DNA of 64,000 nucleotides from Blastocladiella emersonii ATCC 22665 (Eukaryota > Fungi > Blastocladiomycota): contig JANHCV010000004.1 of NCBI GenBank assembly GCA_025594325.1, positions 2,046,001 to 2,110,000 of the forward strand, written 5' to 3'. The translations under genes and the position numbers were made by a program. Within the stretch, counting starts at the first letter, position 1. Each line of letters begins with the position of its first letter. The notes below the pieces were generated by a model, which saw nothing but the letters and a program-made list of their open reading frames with translations, made no database searches and had not been told where the DNA came from. Positions 1-11,766 of the stretch are shown here, piece after piece.

Positions 1-497
1 TAGACAGTGTGGGCGGGCGGTCGTGGCTCGTGGTGAGCTGTTTTGTACCCGTTTTTCTTCCCTCTTCTTGACATGTTTGCGTTAGTTTGCTGCGATAGCT
101 ATGCTTGGTCACTGAGCCCGTTGCGCATGGGAGGCTGTTCGGGCCAGGGTCGGCGGTCTGGTCGGCGGTCGGGCGTGTGCATCGCGTCGCGTTTCACTCG
201 CCCGCGTCGGCGCAGGTGCCGGCGCTTCTCACCTCACATCGCCGGCGGCATGATGGCGGTACTTCACAACCTACGCGAGAGTCACTCATGCACCCGTTCT
301 CGCAATTTGTGCACGGTAGAACGCGTTGCGCCACAGCGTGAGCCGGCAGCGGTGAGCCAACAAAACCGCGGTCGCTGCCAAGCGCGGCGGTCTCACTGCG
401 CGAATGTGAAGCTCATGGACTCGAATCTGACGATGTAATCAAATGACCCCTGCAACGTGCTCCCATCGACCAGCTTAACCTGTCGGGCGAGCGTGCG

Positions 498-869
498 GTG
501 CCGCCGCCGCCGCCGCCATCGTCCCCGTTGCCTCCCGCGCAGGCCGGACGCCCGCTTCAACTGTTGGACCTCCCACAGGACATTCTCGCGAACATTCTTC
601 ACGCTGTCCTCGAGTATGCGGGTCCACAGGGTTTCTTTGACACCGCACGCGCCCACTCCTCGCTCTTTCGTTTGACAACGTGTGATCCCGCCGTGTCCCT
701 GCCGCGAGTCCACTTGGTCATCTCGCCTCCGTACATCGAGTGTGATCTCATGAAAGTTGGAATAAAGTTGTTCCCGGTGCCCCTCCACTTTGTTTGCTCG
801 CGTCTCATTACGCTCGCCACGTCGCCATACATGCCGTGTCCGCTGGTCCATCTCACCGCTCAGCCCTGA
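498..869 (+). CDS. Small F-box-like protein; start codon uncertain (GTG or an upstream exon)
   Basis: N-terminal LQLLDLPQDILANILHAVLEY matches the F-box pattern L-x-x-LP-x-(D/E)-IL-x-x-IL. The rest is unrecognised. Confidence 0.45.
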   Translation: MPPPPPPSSPLPPAQAGRPLQLLDLPQDILANILHAVLEYAGPQGFFDTARAHSSLFRLTTCDPAVSLPRVHLVISPPYIECDLMKVGIKLFPVPLHFVCSRLITLATSPYMPCPLVHLTAQP

Positions 870-1122
870 GGTTAGACCACCATAACAACAAAAACGGATC
901 GCGAGCTCGATTATAGGAGAATGAGGGAGACAGTTGGGCAGGAGAAAGCAAGAAGAAAGGGACGGTAAAGGGCCACACTAACCCAGCGACAGCGAATTCC
1001 GATCGCTCACGTCCGCGGTCGCCGTTTGAGACGACTGAGAAGCGGGCGGCAAGTCACCGGTCGCGGTCGGATGCGGATGACCGTGTCCGCGTCGCTCAAC
1101 AACTGTGCGTCGTGTGGTTCGG

Positions 1123-2963
1123 TTACTTTGGGAGCAGGTCGACCATCAGCCGAAAGTATCGTTTGCCATCCACAAGCGGCGGCGGAACCGACTTGTCAAT
1201 GATCAAGTCCAGCCCCTGAAGCAAATCTGGAGAGCCCTTACTGATGAGCATCCTTTCCCAAGGCGTGCCGTCCGACATGGAAGCCCAAGTATGCATCGAA
1301 TCGACGATAGAGCAAACCGCCTCGCTGTGACCAAGTGGGCGCACTTCGTAGCTGTACAATCTGGAGAGAAAGCAAGCGCACTCGCGAGGATCGATGTAAG
1401 GGCTCGGTTCGTTGCGATTGATACGGTTGCTACACGATCTTGTCGCGTTAGCGGAACTCGTTCACGTGGGATTCAAGTATTCCATGGAAACGTACTGGGT
1501 CAGTGCAAGGACAACGTTACCATCCATGTCCTTTGCCTCCTCAGGCGAGAGGATGAACTTCCACCAGGATCCAGCAACAAAATGAGGGCCACTCGTGTAC
1601 GTGCGGGTCATGAAAGGGTCGTCCGTGACGTCAAACTGGATGTGGACTCGAAAAAATGGAGGATTGTTTGCGCGGATGACGCTTTGAAGCGCAGCAAACG
1701 GGTTCGATTTGCAAAGCTCATCGCCGCCTGCGTCGTTTGCGTCGTCCATCGAATCACAGTCAGAATTGCGCGCTTCAGGCAGACACCATCCAGCTGGAAG
1801 CATTGCATCGTCAAACTCCAAGCGCGTGATAGCGTGTTGGAGCGCGGACTTGTCGTAAGCAGCCGATTGATGATGACGCCAAGAATCGGGTCCCTGGCCG
1901 CGAGCGGCGATCGAAGGGTACGGCGCAGATCGTCCTCGGGCATGGCGTGAAAATGCACAAGCTGTGCAATTGGCTTGGAGCCCACGTTGAGCTCGCAAAG
2001 GAACTCGTACAGCGCAACTTCTGAGGGCGAGAAGAAATCGCCTTCCAGGACGCGAAAAAGAAGATTCTTGGGGCACCGCTGCAAGATCGCTTTGGTGACG
2101 GGATGCGGCCCCAAGTACTTGAGGTGGGCAATGGTCGCATCAAGAAGCGAGGCAACGGACTGCGGGACCATCCTGTCGACGCAGAAGGACATTACCCTCG
2201 GGGCGAGCTCGGTGAAGGTTGACAAAGGAGAGTTGGCGGTCGCAGCGGAGTTGGCGAGCGAGTTCGAGTAGAATCTGCAGCACGAGTCGACGACTAAATC
2301 AAGCCCTACGTATTTCCGCGGGACTCGCATTAGGTCAGAAATTGGACACGCCCGCCCGAGCAGGAACTCCGTACCAAAGTAAGTCCCGGCCTCGAGGTGG
2401 TCGAAAAAGTTATCAACCGTGATGCGCGATGCAACAAGAGCTTGGCATCCGCCGTAAATGGCAACAAGGGCCGATTCCCACACAAATAGCATGCGCAGTG
2501 TCACTTCAGCCGGCGCTTCGAGGCTATCCAAGTCGCTGAAGCCGGCTGAAGGCAGTGCGAAGTCGACGCGAAGCGCACAGCCCTCGGTTGGAGCGTGCCA
2601 AACGTCGTCAAGAAGCGCAGCGAAGAGAGGGCTCTGCATCAGGAAGTTGCGATGCAAAGCATACGTCTGACCCTGCAAGCTGATGTTGATGTCTGACTGA
2701 GCGCTGCTTCCGGCGAGCGCCCGGGAGAGGCGGACGATTGGAAGGACGGTCGGCGTGCACTTGCAGGCGGTCGCGAGCGTCTCTTGCCAGGACTTTGGTA
2801 TGGTCGATGCATCAGGTTGCTCCATGTTAGACTGCGTCAGCTGCATGAAAGCGTCCAAAGGGCGAGAGGCAACGCGGAGCTCGCCGCGATCAAGCCGACT
2901 CGGCTCGTCCCACGTGATGTAGACATCACGTTGAGGCGCATTGCCAGTACCTCCACCACTCAC
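1123..2963 (-). CDS. BTB/POZ-BACK-MATH-like protein (Cullin3-adaptor type); frame break near 1850-1877; 5' end not resolved
   Basis: BTB core SDINISLQGQTYALHRNFLMQSPLFAALL. Removing an in-frame 69-nt intron (2306..2374, GTACGG...TAG) gives AGTYFGLDLVVDSCCRFY. BACK-like segment LLFRVLEGDFFSPSEVALYEF. MATH-like segment SGPHFVAGSWWKFILSP...GNVVLAL lies in a second frame (ORF 1462..2076). A 57-nt intron (1439..1495, CTAAC branch) joins this to the last exon ending MVDLLPK* at 1123. Confidence 0.7.
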
Positions 2964-5037
2964 TCCGTTCGGGTGTCAACTGTGCGGGGCTTTGCCCAAG
3001 TGCCCTCTCGCTGCAATCACCAGGCGCGACTGAAGCGTCCGCAACGCGTGATTCAAGTAACTGCACAAATGAAGTGGAACACACAGAACTCGCTTCAGGT
3101 GTAGTAGCGCTGGCTGAGACCGTGCTTCGGATCCGCGTTACATGGAGGGACACGAGAGAATGGGTCGCGACGCGTCAGTACCGCGCGTTGGAGCTGTCCC
3201 GACACGCCTACCTCTCGCTTTTGCTCGCCTTCCTGCTCATGGGCTAGATCAAGTTGGTTACGGATGGAGCGGCGCAAGCTGGAGGCTGTTGATGCCGACA
3301 GAAGGAGGCGGGAGACAAGTAGTCAGGGATGTCTATTCCTGCCTTCGGCCTCGAACCCAAGACGGGTAGAGGGGAGAATGGATAACAAAGCAGGGCGCGC
3401 CGCAGCGGGGTGCGGCGGCGCGGGAGCGAGGGATTGCGGGCGGCTCACGCGAGATCAGATGATTGATCACCGCGGTCGTGGCCACATGAACGACACGCAA
3501 CAGAGGCTTCCGGGCGGATCGCCTTTCCATCCTGTGCAGCGACTCCTTGTGCAGCGAACTGCGCTCACGCGCGCAGAATCGCGGCCAGTCACGCTTTGGT
3601 GATGGTCCTCTTGATGGAGCCCTAGCGCGCCTTGGTTGTGCGCGCCGAGTACCTTGTAAAGCGCTTCACTGCAGCATACGCGCACGTAGCGCGTAGCTCG
3701 CTCAAGGCAACTGAGATCAGATTTATGACGGACGCGTCAAGGTGAGCCGCTCGCTCTCAACAGAATGCTGGTATTCTCGGCAAGCCGATATGGAAGTAGT
3801 TGGCAATCGTGAGCGAAGGGCATGAATAGACTAAGCACAACGAATGCGCGCGGCGACTCGATCTCGACCAACGCGTTGGTTTTCCGCCAAGAAAGCACCT
3901 GACGACGATGGCGTTCGCGTCGCACGCTATGATCCAGATTGAGGCCTTGAGCGAGCTCGATTCCTTGTGCACGGAACAAGAGAGCTCGGATGAAGCGGAC
4001 CTAAGGTGGAAGGATTGCGAAAGGTTGAAGTGCGTTACGGTGCCCACGACATGTCGCTGACAGCGACACGAGACACTCCCGACCGCGCCCGCGACGACCT
4101 CCCTGCTCAGCCGCCTTACGCTCGCCTCCAGTTGCGCGGTGGTCGACGTGTACAAATTTTGCGTGGGAAGCCTGTCAACGATGTTGAAAGTAATGATGGT
4201 TCGCGGCGCGCATAGAATAGAGCTCGTCCGAGCTCGACAAGGGTTCTAGTGATTTGATTGTACGACGTTCCGCCGCCGTGCAGGTGGCAGCGGTCGGGGT
4301 CAGAAGCGATCAGCAGCACAGCAGATGAGTCGCACGTGCTTGCGCCGGAGCAAATCCAGATGCGCTCTCCGCTCATGAGTTTGCATCCCGCACCACCGAA
4401 GCAGAGACACCGCGTAGCTAGTCGTTGAGAGGGTTAACGTGACTTTGTCGTGCCGATTCGCGCAGCACAACGTCCCGCGACAAGTAAGCGAGATGCGACG
4501 CGACGCTTGGCGGGCACAACGACAGTGTAGTGGCGGCGGCGGCAACGCAAGAAATGCGAGTACATGGACGCAAGCGGACGAATAAGAACACAAATAGCAT
4601 CAACTTCGAGCTGGGGTCGCTTTGCGACGCCAGATATTGCAAGCTCAGGCGACGCGAAAACGTCTCGCGACATGCCTCTCTGCTCGCGAGCTCGCCTAAG
4701 CAGCGCTCGTGCAGTCGCAAGAGCAGAGTGCGAAAGCCATTCTAACGGAACACTCAAGTCACCGGTCGAGTCGAGCACAGCACGTCGCCGCGCGAGCGCC
4801 ACTCAAAGCGCTGCAGGAGAGACGGGACCAGCCTGCCGTCGATTTCATGATTTATGAGATTCATTGCATGGAGTAAATCAGCTTCATTGATTGAGGGGAG
4901 CATACGGGAGGGGAGCGGAGCGGAAGCGAGAGCCGAAGCGAAGTGGCGCAACACGACACGGGGAGTGATGTCATTGGGAGCAGTGATCAGCGTTAGCCAG
5001 AAAATCGCGGTCACTATAGCTTGGGCAAAGCCCCGCA
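2933..5037 (-). repeat. Copy A of a diverged ~2-kb duplicated module (relic gene or TE; second copy at 59330..61327)
   Basis: Colinear shared blocks, e.g. CCTCCACCACTCAxTCCGTTCGGGTGTCAACTGTGCGGGGCTTTGCCCAAGTGCCCTCTCG, GCAGCATACGCGCACGTAGCGCGTAG, CTCAAGGCAACTGAGATCAGATTT and GAAATCGCGGTCACTATAGCTTGGGCAAAGCCCCGCA. Many indels; no long intact ORF in either copy. Confidence 0.85.
3287..3502 (-). mobile_element. Solo LTR (216 bp) of the chromovirus at 52223..57602
   Basis: TGTTG...CAACA termini. 5-bp TSD GAGGC at 3282-3286 and 3503-3507. Two substitutions versus the LTR at 52223 (counted by eye). Confidence 0.97.
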
Positions 5038-7070
5038 ACGCGACTCGTTCGCTCGCTCCCTCACCCGTCGACGGGCGGTGCGATTCAGAGTCACCAGTGA
5101 GATCATACCATGGCGCTGAGGTGCAGAAGGACTCAAAACTGTCTGTAAACCCCGGCTCGCTGGACGAGAGGGCCGCGATTTGCAGACTTTTGGTGGTCAC
5201 GGTGACGCCTGGAGAACAAGACAGTCACATTAAGACATGTAGATCATCGAAAGGACCATGATTGCATTGGTTTCGACAACCTGTTGAAAGTTGCTGCGTC
5301 ACGCTCAGTCGCTCGCCCGCTCCGCTGGATTCGCAGGAACCGCATTCTCGCGGCGCTCGTTGTCCTTCGAGTACACAGTCGAAGCGATCAGCACGAAGGC
5401 TGAGACGCCGAACAAATGCCGCGAGGCAAAGATCGGACGATCCGACGCCGGTTTGTCTCCATTGAGGGCTTCGAACTCGGCGTTCTCAACCCAGACAAGG
5501 TACTGCATCATGAAGGCGGACTCGAGCGGGACGCCGGACAGCGAGCCGAGTGCGGCGATCGGGGCAAGACCGGCCGCGATGCGCTTGCTTGTGCGCATGA
5601 TGGGCACTACGCGGGACGACGGTAAGAATATGCTCATGTTGAGCAGAGCGAGGGAACAGGGTCCGCGCACCCGTGTTGAATCGGTCATCGAACGAGCCAA
5701 CGCCGTGAATGACGCTCGAGAGTGCGAGGCATCGCGCGCCGGCGTGGATGAGATCCGGCGAGAGCCCGTGCCGTGCACAAGTGTACGCGTATGTGCTGCC
5801 AAGCCAAAATCTGGCAGCGAAAAGGATATTCTCGACGGTGAGAAGGGATCGCAACGAGAGCAGCTCATCTGGGGCCGCAGTATCAAGCTGAGCTGGTGCG
5901 GGTTGCCGCTGGTTTGGCAGAGAGGAACGGGCTCGGATCGGCAGTGCGCCGAGTCGAGCACTCATCCGAGTACCGCATAGTCGGCGGGCGCTTGATGTGG
6001 CCGGTTTCATGGTTGAAGCGCGGGAACGGAAGTGCGGGAGGGAGTGTGCGCGCGATGCGAGAGTCGTTTGACGCAAGGCTGGCCTGCCTCCTGTACACTT
6101 TGACAACGAAGCGCACGACACAGCATGCCCACTAACCTCGCGGGCCCGTTCGAGTTGAGTGAAGCTTGATCGATCCATGATGCGACACGGAGCGTGGCCG
6201 GATGCGCAACGCATCCCAAGCGTGCTGCGACTCAAGGGAGCATCGTTGAACGCGTATTCTTTGCGCGCATTCGACCGAGCACAGAAAGTTCAGTTGCGGC
6301 ACCACGCGTATTGGGGTCGAGATGCTGCGGACGGAAATTTTAATGATGGTGAAGCAGGTCCGTAGCGGCCGAGTCGCTCAGCGCCGCCCATGCGCTCGAC
6401 CGCGCGAAAGTAGATTGAACTTGTACGCGCGGCAAGCACATCGAGCCCGGAGCTGAACGTTCGACTTCCCACTTCCCAGGATCCATGGCGAGTAGCGATG
6501 TCCGAGGAAGTGAAGGCGCGGCGTATGCGACTCGCAGCGGAAGCCGGCCCAGCTCATACTCAGGACACCTTCCGTCGACTCGCCCGAAACTCGGCAGACG
6601 GAGCGCACATGTACAGCAAGAGCAGAGCGGTTCATAAAGCTTCCATTGCATGCAGTCTCAACGCGGCCGTCTTCGCCAGCGCGCCGCGACGGGCGGACCG
6701 TGAGAGAGCTCGGACCTCGCGACCGACGGCCCGAGCGACCCGTTCGAGCAGCCCCCCTGGTTCGAGTTCCACCACCGCCGTCATGGCGTCGACTTGGCTC
6801 GAAGCACCGTGTTCTCGAGCGCCGCTGTGTCACGTCGTTGAGGATCAGGGTCGGCATCAGTCAAGTCAGCTGGGCGGCCGATTCGTCAGCGCAACAAGCC
6901 GACCCAGAAGCCGACCCGGGCGAGTCAGCGAGTGGGCCGCGAGGTCGACTCGCCCGCGCGTCGCTCATCCTCACCCCCCAACCCGTTCGCTTTTCGTGCA
7001 ACGTCATCAACACAACGAACGCAACGGCTTCCTGCATCCGGGCGGCCCTCTATCATCTCCGCTGCTCCCG

Positions 7071-9080
7071 ATGCTCCGCGCGCTGCTCGTCCGCGGCGCC
7101 GCTCAAAACCCCTCCTTCCCCACCTCCCGCACCGCCGTCCTTCGTCTCCGCCACCTGCACACCACCATCACCACCATGTCATCAACCAACACGTCGGGCC
7201 TCGCGGGGTTCGCCATCAACTGCTACGACTACATCACGGAGCTGCCGCGGGACCCGCGCACGCCGTCGGTCGAGGCGACGCCCGAGTCGCTGATGCGGAC
7301 GGCGCGCGCGGTGCCCCGCGCCGCGTACAGCTTCGTGGTCCCCGAGACGCCGCCGGAGCCCGCGCTCGAGTGCGTGTCGCCGTCGGCGCTGGCGCTGCTC
7401 GACCTGTACGCCGCCGGCGACGATTTCCGCCTGCGCGCGTGGTCGGCTGAGGACCGTGACACCCTCGTCGGGTACCTGTCGGGGGCCGCGTCGGTCCCGG
7501 GCGCGAAGCCGTGGGCGCACGGGTACGCGGGGCACCAGTTCGGGTCGTTTGCGGGGCAGTTAGGCGACGGGCGCGCGATCTCGCTGGGCCAGGTGCGCAA
7601 CGCGGCGGGGGAGGTGTGGGAGGTGCAGCTCAAGGGCGCGGGCAACACGCCGTACTCGCGGTTCGGCGACGGGTTCGCGGTGCTAAGGTCGTCGATCCGC
7701 GAGTTCCTGTGCTCGGAGCATTTCGCGGCGCTTGGGATCCCGACGTCGCGCGCCGCGGTGCTCGTGCAGACGGGGCAGCTCGTCCACCGCGAGGCGCTCG
7801 AGCCGGGCGCGATCGTGACACGTCTCGCGCCGTCGTGGCTCCGGTTCGGGTCGTTCGAGGGGTTCGCGTTCCGCGGCGACACGGCGAACGTCGCGCGGCT
7901 AGCCGAGTACACGCTGCGCCACGTGCTGCCCGGGCTCGGCACGACCAAATCTCCGCGCACCGCGACCATGTTCGCCGAGATCGTGGAGCGCACGGCGCGC
8001 ACGGTGGCGGCGTGGGACCTGGTGGCGTGGGAGCACGGCGTGCTGAACACGGACAACATGTCGGTGCTCGGTCTGACCATCGACTACGGGCCGTTCGGGT
8101 TCCTGGACCACTACGACCCGGACCACATTGTCAACCACAGCGACGCCACGGGCCGGTACACGCTGCGCAACCAGCGCGCCATCGGCATGTGGAACCTGGC
8201 CAAGCTGGCGAATGCGCTCGTCGAGGTCGCGGGCCGCGAGGTCGCCGGGTCCTCCCTCGCCGAGATCGCGGCGCTCGAGCCCGACCAGGTCGGCGACGCG
8301 GACGAGCGCAAGAAATTCATCGAGCTCGGCCGCCAGCCCATGGTCGACGCGCTGACGGACTACGACGCGCGGTACGCGCACCACTACGCGGTCGGGATGC
8401 GCGCCAAGCTCGGGCTCGTGACGCCGCGCGACGACGACCACGAGACGGTGGTCGCCCCGCTGCTCAAGGTGCTCGAGCTCGGCCAGGTCGACTGGACCCG
8501 CTTCTTCCGCGCGCTGTCGCGCCTCGACGTCCACGCGCACCCGCCGCTCGATGCCGAGACGCCCGACGACGCCGTCGAGCCGATCGTCATGGCGGCCGCG
8601 CTCCGTGCCGAAGCCGACACTGCCGCGGCCTGTGCGCTCCCGGGCGCCGGGTCCGCGACGTCGCCGCCCGAGTCGCGCACGCCCGCGGGCGACGCCGAGG
8701 CGGCGGCCGCGACCAAGCCCGTGGGTCGCTCCGCCGACGTTCTCGCCGCGTACCGCGCGTGGCGCACCGCGTACACTGCCCGCGCAACGCACGCCGGCGA
8801 ACACGCGACGCCCGCGGCGCGCGCGGTGGCGATGAACGCGGCCAACCCCAAATTCGTGCTGCGGCAGTGGATCGCGCAGGCGACGATCGAGGCGGCCGAG
8901 ACGCGCGGCGACTGCGACGCCGTGGCGCGCGCGCTGTGCGTCATGAGCGACCCGTACGCGGACGTGCCGCGGGGTGTGGAGCGGTTTGGGGAGGTCGATG
9001 GCCGTGTCGACTGGTACGAGGCGTGGGCCGACGAGCCGCCGAGTTGGGGCAAGGGGCTCGTGTGCAGCTGCTCGAGTTGA
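7071..9080 (+). CDS. SELO: Protein adenylyltransferase SelO (YdiU/Fmp40 family), Cys form, probable mitochondrial presequence
   Basis: Motifs YAGHQFGSFAGQLGDGRA, QLKGAGNTPYSRFGDG..VLRSSIREFLCSE, HGVLNTDNMS, TIDYGPFGF, NPKFVLRQW and C-terminal CSCSS*. The Arg-rich, acid-free leader MLRALLVRG...LRLRHLHTT from ATG 7071 fits a presequence (alternative ATG 7176). Confidence 0.95.
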   Translation: MLRALLVRGAAQNPSFPTSRTAVLRLRHLHTTITTMSSTNTSGLAGFAINCYDYITELPRDPRTPSVEATPESLMRTARAVPRAAYSFVVPETPPEPALECVSPSALALLDLYAAGDDFRLRAWSAEDRDTLVGYLSGAASVPGAKPWAHGYAGHQFGSFAGQLGDGRAISLGQVRNAAGEVWEVQLKGAGNTPYSRFGDGFAVLRSSIREFLCSEHFAALGIPTSRAAVLVQTGQLVHREALEPGAIVTRLAPSWLRFGSFEGFAFRGDTANVARLAEYTLRHVLPGLGTTKSPRTATMFAEIVERTARTVAAWDLVAWEHGVLNTDNMSVLGLTIDYGPFGFLDHYDPDHIVNHSDATGRYTLRNQRAIGMWNLAKLANALVEVAGREVAGSSLAEIAALEPDQVGDADERKKFIELGRQPMVDALTDYDARYAHHYAVGMRAKLGLVTPRDDDHETVVAPLLKVLELGQVDWTRFFRALSRLDVHAHPPLDAETPDDAVEPIVMAAALRAEADTAAACALPGAGSATSPPESRTPAGDAEAAAATKPVGRSADVLAAYRAWRTAYTARATHAGEHATPAARAVAMNAANPKFVLRQWIAQATIEAAETRGDCDAVARALCVMSDPYADVPRGVERFGEVDGRVDWYEAWADEPPSWGKGLVCSCSS

Positions 9081-9252
9081 GCGGGTTGGCGGGAGTGTAA
9101 GCATACACAGAGTTTAGTTTCCAGCATTGAGGCGGGATCGGGTGACAGGTGGGCAGGGAGACAGTCGGCGAGGCGCGCGGCGGCACGCGTTGCGCCACCA
9201 CGGCGTCACTTCATGCATGCCGAGCCTCTGACCTCTGACCCTCAACGCAGCC

Positions 9253-10415
9253 ATGAATCATCGAGCAACTCACAGCAACGGCGACGCGGCGTCCAAACCA
9301 GCGCGGCGCCGGCGAGACTCGCGGTCGCGCACCACCACGGGCACCAACTCGCCGCTCGTCGCGCCCTCGTCGCAGAGCCTGCAGCGCCTGCTCGGCCTGC
9401 TGTCCGACTTCCCGCTCTCTCCGACCAAAGGAGACTCGCCATCGTCGACCACCACGGGCCGCCCCGCGACTGCGACCCGTAGCACCGCCGCGGCGGGAGC
9501 GGGGGCACCAAGCTCGGTGATCCAGCCTGATGCGGCCGTGTCGTGGGCCGCGCTGTGCCACAACGCGGGGATCGCGGAGCAGGGGTGGCTCGACGCGCCC
9601 ATCTCGCCTGTAAAGCGCGTCCGGTCGCCCGCGGCCGTCAAAACACCAAAGAAGACCGTGGCGGCGAGGGCAGCGGCGACCAAGTCGCCAGTGCCGGGGC
9701 TCAGTCTCGACGACCCGACGGCGTTTCCGGGGCTCGGCGGCGGCGGATCACAGCAAGAGGTCAAGCCTGTAGTCGTTGAGGTACGCGCTTGCCGTCGAGG
9801 TGAGTGCCGACCGCATGGCTGACTCGCGCGCGACCCGTGTAGTCATCATCTGTTCCTTTGTGGCCCGCCCTCCCGCTGGTCCCGCCACTGCCTCGACCAG
9901 AGAGCGACGACGACGACGACGACGAGTCGCCGATCCCGCTCGAGTACAAGCTGACGTCCGCGACACTCTCGCCGACGAAACAGACGCGGCCCGCCGCTGC
10001 CGCGGTGCACCTGCCCGGGCAAAGCCCGCGAGCCGCTCCGGCTCGACCCGCGACACCACCACCAACTCAAGTCACGGCCGACCCAGCCCCCGAGCCCGCC
10101 ATCGTGATCCCCGCTCCGCCGAAGTTTGTCTCGGGCGCACACGCCGTCGCGCTCCTCGAGGCCACGCTCGCGGGCGACGGCGACGAGTCGCAGGGCGACA
10201 GCATGCTCGAGATCTTCGTGACCGACTCGTCTAACGCGACGACGCGCCTGTACATGGACGCGTACGACGTGCGCGCCGCGGCGCTCGCGGCCCTGCTCCA
10301 GTCGGCCATGGTGGTGCGGCCCGCGGGGCACGGCGAGCCGCCAGCACCTACGGTTGTGTCGACGGCGGCCGAGGACGACGAGGTGTTGGCGTTGGCGAGG
10401 GTGGGGGTAGACTGA
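9253..10415 (+). CDS. Hypothetical low-complexity protein, 2 exons (9253..9780, 9843..10415)
   Basis: GTACGC donor at 9781, CTGAC branch and TAG acceptor at 9842 join ORFs 9253.. and 9858..10415 in frame. GC3-rich codons. Confidence 0.65.
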
Positions 10416-10542
10416 ATACACTGAGCTTGCTTTGAAGCTGGAGGGACGCGTCGCGCCACGCCCTTGAAACGCGCCGCGCCACAGCGTCAACGCACATCCC
10501 GGCCTGCTCGTTCTACCCAGCCGTGAGCCGAACACCGGTGCA

Positions 10543-11472
10543 ATGAAGTCTCGCCGCAAGCCAGCTGGTGCAACCGTACCGCGGGCACCCAAGCTGTCCA
10601 GCGGGCCCGGCAAGAGCCCGGCGGAGCACGCTCTTGCCGCCGCTGCCTTCGCGCCGAGCTACCCGCCGCGGCCGCTCGTGTCGGCCGATGCCGTGATCCA
10701 GCTCGCCGCGTCGTTGCGTTCAAGCTCAGACGCACCAAGCACCGCCGAACATGACTCGGAGTTGTTCGGTCCTGCGGCACCGTGGTCCGCGTTCCCTGGC
10801 CTCGCGGCCGACGGCGAGGACGGCGACTCGGTGCTCGAGGCGTGTCGCGCGGCAGCTGCCACGGCGCACGCTGCTTCGCCTCGCCTCGGCGACCAACCGG
10901 CCGTCGACAACGCGCCCGACGCACCACCAACCATCGACGACAACGACTCGCTCCTCCCGCCGCCGCTCGGCGCGCTCTCGACGGCGCGCTTCGACCCGTG
11001 GTCGAAGGCCGCGATCCCGCTACACCTCAACGACGTGCTCACGCGGTACCGCCGGCGCGAGCTCCGCCCGCCGCGTCCCGCCGCTGCCGCGCCTCTCCCA
11101 CCCCCGCACTCGCACGCCGACACCCCGCCCGTGCGCGTCGACCGCGAGCTCGACGGGCCCGAGGCGAGCGCGGCGCTCGAGTCGCTGCTGGGGTCGCCGT
11201 GGACCGACTCGCAGCGGATCTGGGTGCGGTGCCGCCCGCCCGCGCACGTCTGCGCGCAGCTCGGCGTCGCGACTGCGGCTGACGGCGACGGGTCGGTTCT
11301 GCTCGCCCTCACGCCCGAGGATCTCGGGACCGCGGCCATGGGCGCCATGATCGGCGACGTCGTGGCGGAGCTGCCCGGGTCTGGGGCGACCGCGGTGGCG
11401 GGCGAGGAGGAGGAGGGTCGCGAACTCGCCGCCCCGCAACCGTTCCCCTCAACTGCCCCTCCCAACCCATGA
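10543..11472 (+). CDS. Hypothetical protein, 309 aa
   Basis: Single ORF with genome-typical codon bias and AT-richer flanks. No recognised domain. Confidence 0.6.
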   Translation: MKSRRKPAGATVPRAPKLSSGPGKSPAEHALAAAAFAPSYPPRPLVSADAVIQLAASLRSSSDAPSTAEHDSELFGPAAPWSAFPGLAADGEDGDSVLEACRAAAATAHAASPRLGDQPAVDNAPDAPPTIDDNDSLLPPPLGALSTARFDPWSKAAIPLHLNDVLTRYRRRELRPPRPAAAAPLPPPHSHADTPPVRVDRELDGPEASAALESLLGSPWTDSQRIWVRCRPPAHVCAQLGVATAADGDGSVLLALTPEDLGTAAMGAMIGDVVAELPGSGATAVAGEEEEGRELAAPQPFPSTAPPNP

Positions 11473-11766
11473 ATACACAGAACCCACTTGATGCAACCAC
11501 GCGCGATCCCTTGAGAGAAGCGATCCCGCGCGTCTCCCGCTCGAGCGTGACGCGAGACTGACGTCGTTCCCCGCCCCCGTGACGGCGGCGGCGCATGTCT
11601 CCCACGCCCGCGAGCTTGGGCGGGCGGCCCGGAACCGCCTCGACGTCGGCCGGCCGGCGGCGCGTCGGCGGGCCCGACTTGATGAGGAGTGCCGTCACCG
11701 CGGCGTCCCACTCCTCGCAACTCGATCGCGCTGCCCGAACCATGAAGCGCGCGGAGGAGCTGGACC

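Noticed and set aside
5305-5961. 218-aa minus-strand ORF upstream of module copy A
   Set aside because: There is no recognisable motif, the codon bias is weak, competing ORFs exist on both strands, and it has no counterpart beside copy B.
6498-7070. N-terminal extension of the 860-aa SelO ORF
   Set aside because: It has no SelO similarity and reads like open intergenic or UTR sequence; ATG 7071 gives a plausible mitochondrial presequence.
9060-9080. Possible selenocysteine recoding in SelO
   Set aside because: The redox motif is encoded by TGC codons (CSCSS) and the TGA follows the normal terminal SS.
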